DNA of 55,732 nucleotides from a virus. Lineage: Duplodnaviria; Caudoviricetes. The translations under genes were made by a program, and so were the position numbers. Positions 48,128 to 55,732 of this stretch are shown piece after piece. Position 1 is the stretch's first letter. Every line of letters starts with the position of its first letter. The notes beneath the pieces are model-generated. The model worked only from the letters and a program-made list of their open reading frames with translations. It ran no database searches and was not told the origin of the DNA. The stretch is from positions 1 to 55,732 of the IMG/VR virus record IMGVR_UViG_3300021959_000051; one strand, given 5' to 3'.

Positions 48128-48855
48128 TATATAATCTTATTAAGTATTCCGACAACTGTCTTTGCAGTTGTTTTTTTATCAGACATTTTCTTTAACATCT
48201 CAACAACATTTTCTTGATTATTGATAACCGTAAGAAATTCCACAACGTCTTTTACTGACTTCTCTAAGTCTTCAGTTGACACACCAGAGATTATGAAAGA
48301 GTTAATCTTGGCAATTTGCTCATTGATTTGCCCGTCTCTTTTTTTAGAAAGAGCTTCGTGCATGACTACTTTCTTTTGTAACTCTTTAATCACATTATCA
48401 GTGTGTAACTGAGCTGCAATTGCTTTCTTCTTCCAATCTTTAATCACACTTTCAGTGTGCAACTGAGCTGCGATTGCCTTTTTCTTCCAATCTTCCATTC
48501 TTTCTCGCTCACGCGCTGCATGAACTCTAGCTTCTAAAGAATGTTTTTGCCACCTATCAACTTCCGCTTGATACCTTTCAACTTCTGCTTGACACCTATC
48601 TACTTCACCTTGATATAGATCCGCTGCAGCAGTTTTAGCAACCTCTACAACACTAGCCATTTGTTGTCTCTTAAATTCAGCTGTAGTATCTAAAATTTTC
48701 TCGTTAGTCCAGCCTAGATCTTTTAGCGCTTTGTGCTGCACTGTGTCTGGTTGAATATATTCTTCAATGATACCATCTTCTTCAGATTGATGCAACACCA
48801 GAATAGTGTCTTGTTGATCATTTGTATATCTTGCTTCTATGATATCTTTATACAT
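48127..48855 (-). CDS. Coiled-coil hypothetical protein with internal tandem repeats
   Basis: 242 aa; (QAEVDR.)x3 and (DWKKKAIAAQLHT..VIK)x2. Confidence 0.7.
   Translation of the reverse strand: MYKDIIEARYTNDQQDTILVLHQSEEDGIIEEYIQPDTVQHKALKDLGWTNEKILDTTAEFKRQQMASVVEVAKTAAADLYQGEVDRCQAEVERYQAEVDRWQKHSLEARVHAARERERMEDWKKKAIAAQLHTESVIKDWKKKAIAAQLHTDNVIKELQKKVVMHEALSKKRDGQINEQIAKINSFIISGVSTEDLEKSVKDVVEFLTVINNQENVVEMLKKMSDKKTTAKTVVGILNKII
48383..48494. repeat. 54-nt tandem duplication (2 copies)
   Basis: tctttaatcaca...tcagtgtg.aactgagctgc.attgc.tt.ttcttccaatctt repeated with period 54. Confidence 0.9.
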
Positions 48856-48863
48856 AATTTTTC

Positions 48864-49817
48864 CTACGTTTGTTCAATTCTTAGATAGTAAGTGTTAGCT
48901 GTAATAGCGGTACCGTTGGGAAACTCCTGAGCTCTATAATCATCAGCGCTTACAAATCTTGTTTGATAATTACCTGAACCATTAAGAATAGTATCTGACA
49001 TACCAGTTCCTCTGTTATTTCCCGAGCCATTAATATTATATCTAATTCTAGATCCTTCTACACTAGCCGCTACATGTTTAACACAGTTCTTAAGAATATC
49101 ATCAAAGCTAGCTGTAGTGTATTCTTGTAAATCATTATCAGATCTAATAAAAATAGGCGATGAGTATGATATAGCCGATCCAGCATTTACTCTGAATAGA
49201 TAATAGTTAGCTATTGTATCAGGAGTACCGTCCATATTACTACCAATATTACCTGAGGTATAATCAGATAGATCAGCTCTTGTATCGGTAAAGACAGGAG
49301 TTGAGCTTATAAGAGTAGAGCCAGTTAGAGTGTTAGCTGAATGTATTCTGTACGTACCAGGTTGATCTGTACCATCTGTAATATTATCAATTGCAGGATA
49401 TATAAACGTGTCGTACATATCCGTAAGCGTCATAGCTTTTATATTACCACTATCACTGTAAACAGGAAACGCTATATTGTTAGTATCTGCAGTCTCGGTT
49501 GTACTAGCTGCCGTTTGATTTATTCGAGAGTAGTTAACAGACACAGTTCCTGGCTCTGCTGTGGTAGATTCCGGTGCATACTCCGCTGCACCATCATCAT
49601 CAGCATCTTGATTACCTGTTGTTGTAGATACAGCTCCAGCTATTTTTCTAGTATCAGTTATAGTTCCTAACCCACCTCCAGATGTAACGAAGGTAAGATT
49701 TACTGACGGGTCAGTAGAATAAAGATATCTTACTTGAGATTTTATCTCGTTTATCTGGGTAGTCGTCATCTCTTGGAGATTGCTTCCATTGAGACGAAGC
49801 GGAGTTCTCACTGCCAT
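48864..49817 (-). CDS. Virion structural protein (T/S/N-rich)
   Basis: 317 aa; three LQEM/IKAMT/LQEYT-type repeats; follows the fibre gene. Confidence 0.65.
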   Translation of the reverse strand: MAVRTPLRLNGSNLQEMTTTQINEIKSQVRYLYSTDPSVNLTFVTSGGGLGTITDTRKIAGAVSTTTGNQDADDDGAAEYAPESTTAEPGTVSVNYSRINQTAASTTETADTNNIAFPVYSDSGNIKAMTLTDMYDTFIYPAIDNITDGTDQPGTYRIHSANTLTGSTLISSTPVFTDTRADLSDYTSGNIGSNMDGTPDTIANYYLFRVNAGSAISYSSPIFIRSDNDLQEYTTASFDDILKNCVKHVAASVEGSRIRYNINGSGNNRGTGMSDTILNGSGNYQTRFVSADDYRAQEFPNGTAITANTYYLRIEQT

Positions 49818-49819
49818 TA

Positions 49820-52618
49820 TTAACTTCCTGCGCCATAGAGTGTCTTTATAGCTGATCCAGCTGAGTTATAAATTATTAAAGATACAGCAGATTTTAGTTC
49901 AGAGCTACCAACAGCATCAGCTGCAATCATTGCTGTTGAGACTTGTGCTTGAGATACAACTCCGGAGGTGTTTGTTGTTAAAACTCTATCAGCGGTAGTC
50001 ATACCTCCAAGTTTAATAGGTACATGAGAAGCTAACCCAAGAGTAACTCCGTCACTTGCAGCCTTTAAGAATTCTCTAAGTGATCCTGCTTTCATGTATT
50101 GGTATGAAACTGTAGCGCCTTCAGATCCATCAGTCAAGATAGAAGATGCTGATGAAACAGTATGATACATAAGTTCTTCACCGGCGTCATTGTGCCCCGA
50201 CATACTCAACATAGCTGAAGTTACAACAGATGGACTCTTATCTGCATTTCTAATATTAAAATTTGCAATGGTATCAGAATCACTAACTTGAACTGAGCTG
50301 GTTGGTCTAAAATATATACGAGGTGAGTTGTTATACCCTTGAATAGATTTAACATCTGTAATATCAGAATCTAAATGAAAAGTAGTACCACTTAAGTTAA
50401 TATTATTACCAGCAGCATATGTTGTGTCTGTAGAAGTAATGGTAATATCATCACCAGATCTAGTTATAGTGCTTGCACCAGCGCCTGTAAATGTTACAGT
50501 TTGATTTGAATATACTGGAGCAGAACCTCCTGTACCACTTGCAGCGATATTCCAGCTAGCATAATTATCATAAGTATTTTTAATAGATACGGCACCACTT
50601 GATACTGTAAAGTCATTTGTATTAAATGAGGCAATACCTTTGTTAGTGGTTGAGGCATCTTCTCCTTTGATAGTTGAGCCATCAAAGTCAATACCTTGAC
50701 CAGCAGTCATTGCTGTTAGAATAGATGTCGCTGTAGGACCTGTGTATGTTATTAATCCAGAAGTATTATTATATGAAACACTTCCTAAGTTAGAGGAAGA
50801 TACAGAAAGCTGTCCAGGAACATCTGTTAGTCTTGCAATCGTGCCTGCATTAACTCCAGAGAATTCCCATTTATCATTAAGCTCGTTAAATTGTAAAATA
50901 GCATTAGCTTGATCACCTCGCTCTATTTCGATTCCAGATCTAAGCGAAGTTGCTGGGGTGCCTGTTTGACCGCTATTGAGAACCATAATGTTATCTTCAA
51001 TAGTCATTTCAGCAGTATTTAAAGTAGTAGTGGTTCCACTAACAGTTAGGTTACCCGTTACAACCAGGTTTTGAGGAACAGTAATATCGTCCGCCAGTAC
51101 AACATCTAATGTACCGTCTACATCTTGATAGGCAACAGAAACTCCTGTCTCAGTGTTGCCAGTAAACATTGCTCCGACTACGTCTTGAATCTTTTCCGGG
51201 TTTAGTCTAATAATACCATTTGAACTGTCACCTAAAAATGAGCTATCAGTTAGATCACTAAACACCACTGCTCTGCTCATATTACCAAGAGTACCTAGCT
51301 GCCAGTAATCTAGATCTTCTCTCCACAGAAGCTGTGCACTATCTGCAGTACCACGATCTACAATAAAACCAGCATTACTGACTGGATTACCAGTTGTACC
51401 TGATAGAACTTCTAAGAACTGAGCTGCGTTAGTAGTTGTACCACTTACAGTAAAGTTACCAGTAACTGTAAAGTTACCTCCAGCTGAAATATCATTTGTT
51501 ACTGTTAGATCATTTCCAATAGTAACATCATTAGGAAGTCCAATAGTAGCAGAAGATCCTTCGCCTGGAGTGTGAGTAACCTCTACTTCATTAGAGGTAC
51601 CAGTGATACCTGACATATAGTTACCAGCAGTCTCTGTTCCAAGAATAACACCGTTGTCTTTAATTGTTACATTACCACCAGTAACTAAGAAATTAGATGT
51701 ATCAAATTTAGCAACACCTAGACTTGAACTAGTCGCAGTTTCTGCTGCTATGGCTATTTGATTATTAGTTACTGTAGTATCGATAGCAGAACCAGCTGCA
51801 AAGGTAATTGTATCGCCTAACGTTACATCATCTGTAACTCCAGCAGACGCTGCAATCTTAAACGCTCTACCAGTTGATGTTACGATGCCACCTATGTTAA
51901 CATCACCATCTACTACAACATTATCTCTAAACTCTGCACTATCTGTGACTGTTAACAGACCATCAATAGTAGTATTGTCTAGTGTTGTAACACCATCTAC
52001 ATCGAGATTACCAGTAATAGATGCACTATCAGCTGCTAACCTATCTACAAAGGCTGTACCGTCTAGATATAGATGCTGCCATTGTTGAGTTGTACTACCA
52101 AGATTATATGTATCGTCTGTATTAGGAATAATATGAGAATTAACATCAGCATTGAATACAACATTGTCAGTACTAGCATCACCTAGATTAATATTAGAGT
52201 TTGTACCAGCTTTAAATGTTACTTCACCGTCTACAATAAGAGTACCACCCATTGTGGTATTTCCTGTGACGTTTAGGTTGGTGTTAATATTTACAGAACC
52301 ATCAACAACTATATTGCTTTTAAATTCAGCACTATCGGTTACAGTTAATTCATCTCCTAGAAAGGTATGAGAGTTAACTTTAAGGTTGCCTTTAATAACA
52401 TTACTAGCTGCAGAGTCTCTCATATGAAGCTTAGCAGAGTTTATTAATGTATTATTAATAGAGTCTAATCTAGTATCTACTTCGTTAATAGCTCCAACTA
52501 TATCTGAGTCTTGAGTAGTGGATAAAGCTCCTCTCCACCCTACGTCACGAGAGATGATATTAACCTTTTCTTGAAAGGTCTTTACTGTATCGCTAATATT
52601 TACAATCTGCTTTGGCAT
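49820..52618 (-). CDS. Long tail fibre-like virion protein, 932 aa
   Basis: N-terminal DTVKTFQEKVN; IIPNTDDTYNLGS, GNLTVSGTTTTLN, GIEIERG, KGIASF fibre motifs; no Cys seen. Confidence 0.8.
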   Translation of the reverse strand: MPKQIVNISDTVKTFQEKVNIISRDVGWRGALSTTQDSDIVGAINEVDTRLDSINNTLINSAKLHMRDSAASNVIKGNLKVNSHTFLGDELTVTDSAEFKSNIVVDGSVNINTNLNVTGNTTMGGTLIVDGEVTFKAGTNSNINLGDASTDNVVFNADVNSHIIPNTDDTYNLGSTTQQWQHLYLDGTAFVDRLAADSASITGNLDVDGVTTLDNTTIDGLLTVTDSAEFRDNVVVDGDVNIGGIVTSTGRAFKIAASAGVTDDVTLGDTITFAAGSAIDTTVTNNQIAIAAETATSSSLGVAKFDTSNFLVTGGNVTIKDNGVILGTETAGNYMSGITGTSNEVEVTHTPGEGSSATIGLPNDVTIGNDLTVTNDISAGGNFTVTGNFTVSGTTTNAAQFLEVLSGTTGNPVSNAGFIVDRGTADSAQLLWREDLDYWQLGTLGNMSRAVVFSDLTDSSFLGDSSNGIIRLNPEKIQDVVGAMFTGNTETGVSVAYQDVDGTLDVVLADDITVPQNLVVTGNLTVSGTTTTLNTAEMTIEDNIMVLNSGQTGTPATSLRSGIEIERGDQANAILQFNELNDKWEFSGVNAGTIARLTDVPGQLSVSSSNLGSVSYNNTSGLITYTGPTATSILTAMTAGQGIDFDGSTIKGEDASTTNKGIASFNTNDFTVSSGAVSIKNTYDNYASWNIAASGTGGSAPVYSNQTVTFTGAGASTITRSGDDITITSTDTTYAAGNNINLSGTTFHLDSDITDVKSIQGYNNSPRIYFRPTSSVQVSDSDTIANFNIRNADKSPSVVTSAMLSMSGHNDAGEELMYHTVSSASSILTDGSEGATVSYQYMKAGSLREFLKAASDGVTLGLASHVPIKLGGMTTADRVLTTNTSGVVSQAQVSTAMIAADAVGSSELKSAVSLIIYNSAGSAIKTLYGAGS

Positions 52619-52620
52619 CT

Positions 52621-52842
52621 CTATTTCTCTACTAGTTTGGTCAGTAAATCTTTTATATCACTCATATCATTCTTTAATTGATCTACATCAGATTTTAGTT
52701 GTTGTTGCTCCTGCTGCTGCAATCGCCAATTATATTTTCGAGTTCTAGCTAAGTCACTCTCAGATCTATTTATATTAATAACAGCACCAGTTTTTTTATC
52801 TCTTATAAGATCTGTATGCCCTTCAACTTTTAAATGATTCAT
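52621..52842 (-). CDS. Conserved small coiled-coil protein of T4-like marine phages
   Basis: KVEGHTDLIRDKKTGAVIN...DMSDIKDLL. Confidence 0.78.
   Translation of the reverse strand: MNHLKVEGHTDLIRDKKTGAVININRSESDLARTRKYNWRLQQQEQQQLKSDVDQLKNDMSDIKDLLTKLVEK
52767..52774 (-). promoter_or_regulatory. Possible late promoter TATAAATA inside the 73-aa gene
   Basis: Exact motif about 150 nt upstream of ATG 52618; intragenic. Confidence 0.5.
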
Positions 52843-52843
52843 A

Positions 52844-55732
52844 TTAAACCGTTAATGCTATAATTCTTAAATCGCCAAAGCGAGTAGTCTTTGCGCTATT
52901 GGTAGATTTCATAACTATTTTAACTTGGAATTGATCGAAGTCATCTAAATGACCTCCTATTCCTCCAGGTAAGAATCTATAATCTCTATAGATAGTTGGA
53001 TTATCATCTGAAGGCATATCTGTTTCCGGAGCAATCAAAACAAAGTCATTATCAAGTAATCTACCACCGCTATTAGTTCTATAGTAAACATCGAAAGATG
53101 CAGCTGATGGCTTGTTAGCAGCTAACATAATTTTTAGACCCTTAGCTTTTTCAGCTAGAGTAACCGGTCTTGTAAGATGTTTAGCTAATGTAGACCCTCC
53201 TCGAGCACTTGTTTCTACAACAGTATTCAATGCATTGTTATTATCAATTCTATTGTGTATTGTAGCTACAGATGTTCTTTGAAGATCAATTACTGGGGAT
53301 ACCTTATCGGATACAGAAGTAAAGTCTAGTTTAAATGTACCAGACCTTTCTCCGGCTGATAATTTAACTGTATCATTAGCTTTAGTAGCAAGTATCTTAG
53401 GAGTTTGGAAGTAAATATTTCTGTTGATTGGATAAGAAGTATAAGATGTCTCTTTTTGATAAGCTGTTTGATTACTTGAACCAAGAGATTTTCCAGACGT
53501 TAGCTTTGCACTTAAAGATATGTTAGTAAGAGGTGGTAGTATATTTTCTACTTTTACCATCATAGTCTCAAACATGTTCTGCCGTTCAATAGTAAAGTTA
53601 CCTCCTCCAATAGTAGAAGAAGTAGCAGTTGATCCTGCTGTAAATGTAAAGTTATCACCGTCAATAGCTACTACTGTTCTTCTAGTAGGAGTCGACCCTT
53701 GGAAGTTAATACTATCCGCTGGAATACCACCTGTAGAAGCAGCACCTAAGATTTTTACAACATCTCCGATCTGCAGTCCATGATCTGGAAGATGTACAGA
53801 AACTGTAGCACTATTATTTGTAGTTGTAAGAGCATTAGATACATTAACCATAGCAGGAGAACTATTCTCAATAATAGCTGAACCAGTTGTATTAAACTGT
53901 GCTCTCATCAGTTCGAAAGTAAGATCTTTTGTTTGATCCGGCTCCCAAGTTCTAGCGTTTTGAGATTTAAATAATGAACCCAAAGTAGCCTGTTTAGTTA
54001 ATCTTCTCTCTGTAGATCCTAATAAGAATTCTCCAGCTTCTGCTACGAACACTTCATACTCATTAGAATCAGAAAGAAGTACTATAGCGTACTCTTCATT
54101 ACCTGATAAGTAGACAGGCTCTTCTAATGTAAAAGTAGTAACCGCTGTACCATCATCAGATACTGTAATAGCAGAAGGAGATTTGAATAAGGTAGATCCT
54201 GGTACAATTGCATCTGCAGATGGGTGACCGTTTACCATAGGTCTAAGTTGAGCTACAACTGGTACTGCTCCGGTTAAAGGTTTAGATTTAAATCTAACTT
54301 TAATAGATGTGATAAACACCCCTTCAAGATCTTCTACAAGGAAGGACTGAGCTAGAGGATCTTTACCTCTTCTTCGAGTCTCAACTGAAACTCCGGTAGA
54401 TACTCGAGTTGTTGAAACACCAAGGTCTACAATCCTAGTAGAGAGTACTGTTTGCTGTCTATGTATAGTAATACCTTGAGCAAAGTATTTAGCATCTGCA
54501 ATAGAAGTACAAGCGTCTTCATCATTTATTGATATGTCAAGAAGACTAAAAGTACGATCACCTGCAGCAAATTTAATTGCATCTGTGTGAGGTAAGAAGA
54601 AAGATCCAGCTAAAGATCCATCTGCTTCTGTAACCAGTGATGCTGTAGGTCCATCTGGATGCTCTGTTATATTGTTGTAACCTGTAGAATAATCTGAATC
54701 AAGAGTAGATATGCGTCTGAAAGTTTCTTTCTTTACCCAGCTAGCTACACTTTTATTAGAGAAGAATGGAAAATGTCTTGTACTTGGTTTTAGTCCTTGA
54801 GCTTTGAAAAAGATCTTTCTAGTGCGCATGAAAGGAATAAAGGTACGGTTGACTTCTACACCTTCTTCATCAATAAATTCTGTCTTAGTTCTTAGCCCTT
54901 CAACCTTAACGGATGTATCATTTCTAAACAAAGGAGTAGTAGTTGTGTTACCGTCTCTTACAGCATTAGCTGTATCTCGTTGAGTAGCTCCTACTAAAGT
55001 ATCTCCTAATTGATCTCCAAGCGAAATATTTTCAGCACCTGACCAGTTAAAACTCCAATCATCCCAAACTTGTCCGCGAATATTACCCTGCTCAAATCCT
55101 CCGTCTACTACAATAGGATCTGTAAATGCTGTTTCAAACCATTCATCAGATGCAGGTGAAAGCTCCATAAAGCCTCTTTTCTGAACAACAGCAAATGGGT
55201 TAACATTTTCAAAACCTGTTACATAATCATTTTTTAGATAACTGATCTCATCATGCTTTAGAATTATGTTGTCCCCAAATCTCCTTACGTTTGAGTTACC
55301 TGAATTGTCACTATCATAATAGAGTTTAACATTTCTGTTAGTGAAAGAAGGACGTAGCTGTTTGCGGGATGGGTCAATAGCTGCTCTATAATCTAGAGAG
55401 TTAACAAAGGATCTAGATTGGTCTTTAAAGTTATCTACAAAGAAACCAGACTTACTTCTACTTAATCCAGCAGAATCAAACACATCCATTTGAGATGTTT
55501 CTAACTCAAGTAGGGTTAGGGCTGTAGTTTCTTCTAAGCTAGATACTCGCTGCTCTAGCTTACCAATGTCTGCCATTGTAAAGCGCTTATATCTGAGCAT
55601 CTCAGACTGTAAATCATTGTCATCAACAACATATGGATTCATTGTTACGTTAAATAAATCCAGAGAATTTTCAGGTGATTTAGGAAGCTTAGGTTGTACT
55701 GCAGCTGCACCTAATTCTACAGAAATATTACT
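52844..55732 (-). CDS. Large baseplate/virion structural protein (DUF4815-type), 5' end outside window
   Basis: KRFTMADIGKLEQRV, KSGFFVDNF, ENVNPF, DPLAQSF, GSLFKSQNARTW, SPVIDL motifs; frame stays open from 55642 to the window end. Confidence 0.88.
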   Translation of the reverse strand, partial: SNISVELGAAAVQPKLPKSPENSLDLFNVTMNPYVVDDNDLQSEMLRYKRFTMADIGKLEQRVSSLEETTALTLLELETSQMDVFDSAGLSRSKSGFFVDNFKDQSRSFVNSLDYRAAIDPSRKQLRPSFTNRNVKLYYDSDNSGNSNVRRFGDNIILKHDEISYLKNDYVTGFENVNPFAVVQKRGFMELSPASDEWFETAFTDPIVVDGGFEQGNIRGQVWDDWSFNWSGAENISLGDQLGDTLVGATQRDTANAVRDGNTTTTPLFRNDTSVKVEGLRTKTEFIDEEGVEVNRTFIPFMRTRKIFFKAQGLKPSTRHFPFFSNKSVASWVKKETFRRISTLDSDYSTGYNNITEHPDGPTASLVTEADGSLAGSFFLPHTDAIKFAAGDRTFSLLDISINDEDACTSIADAKYFAQGITIHRQQTVLSTRIVDLGVSTTRVSTGVSVETRRRGKDPLAQSFLVEDLEGVFITSIKVRFKSKPLTGAVPVVAQLRPMVNGHPSADAIVPGSTLFKSPSAITVSDDGTAVTTFTLEEPVYLSGNEEYAIVLLSDSNEYEVFVAEAGEFLLGSTERRLTKQATLGSLFKSQNARTWEPDQTKDLTFELMRAQFNTTGSAIIENSSPAMVNVSNALTTTNNSATVSVHLPDHGLQIGDVVKILGAASTGGIPADSINFQGSTPTRRTVVAIDGDNFTFTAGSTATSSTIGGGNFTIERQNMFETMMVKVENILPPLTNISLSAKLTSGKSLGSSNQTAYQKETSYTSYPINRNIYFQTPKILATKANDTVKLSAGERSGTFKLDFTSVSDKVSPVIDLQRTSVATIHNRIDNNNALNTVVETSARGGSTLAKHLTRPVTLAEKAKGLKIMLAANKPSAASFDVYYRTNSGGRLLDNDFVLIAPETDMPSDDNPTIYRDYRFLPGGIGGHLDDFDQFQVKIVMKSTNSAKTTRFGDLRIIALTV

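Noticed and set aside
1818-53783. Remaining 60-115 aa ORFs overlapping long genes (e.g. 3218-3448, 7186-7527, 26857-27186, 44506-44724, 49341-49670)
   Set aside because: They lie within or across well-supported genes, have no recognisable motifs, and are expected from codon bias on the opposite strand.

Overview
This window is a segment of a large T4-like (Tevenvirinae/Kyanoviridae-type) myovirus genome, probably marine, with almost all genes on the minus strand. Bases 1-12130 hold an uninterrupted core morphogenesis block: g13-g14-g15-g16-g17-g18-g19-g20-g67-g68-orf-g21-g22-g23, with g23 cut by the window edge. Bases 12169-52842 are a ~40 kb variable region ending at a truncated DUF4815-type baseplate/virion gene. 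That region interleaves tail-fibre and adhesin genes with two islands of sugar-transfer and tailoring enzymes. Island A (15780-30603) has GT9-like, GT4, GT-A, sulfotransferase, FkbM methyltransferase, DUF6165 and nucleotidyltransferase-cupin genes. Island B (38865-48127) has two radical SAM/SPASM systems, a GT9-like gene, a kinase-like gene, two SGNH genes, a carbamoyltransferase, three GT-A genes and a methyltransferase. The strongest unexplained signals are (i) two giant 17-aa-repeat fibres loaded with scattered cysteines at the variable repeat positions, one with a glycosyltransferase directly upstream in the same predicted late transcript, and (ii) a recurrent D-S-[A/D/S/G] tripeptide across virion proteins, including the major capsid loop. 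Together these suggest a phage-encoded virion surface modification (S-/O-glycosylation) system, which is an inference and not demonstrated. Nine T4 late promoter motifs (TATAAATA) and one near-consensus sigma70 promoter are visible. I saw no tRNA, CRISPR array, intron, intein or mobile element. All family calls are by motif recognition only, with no database search, and residue counts are manual.
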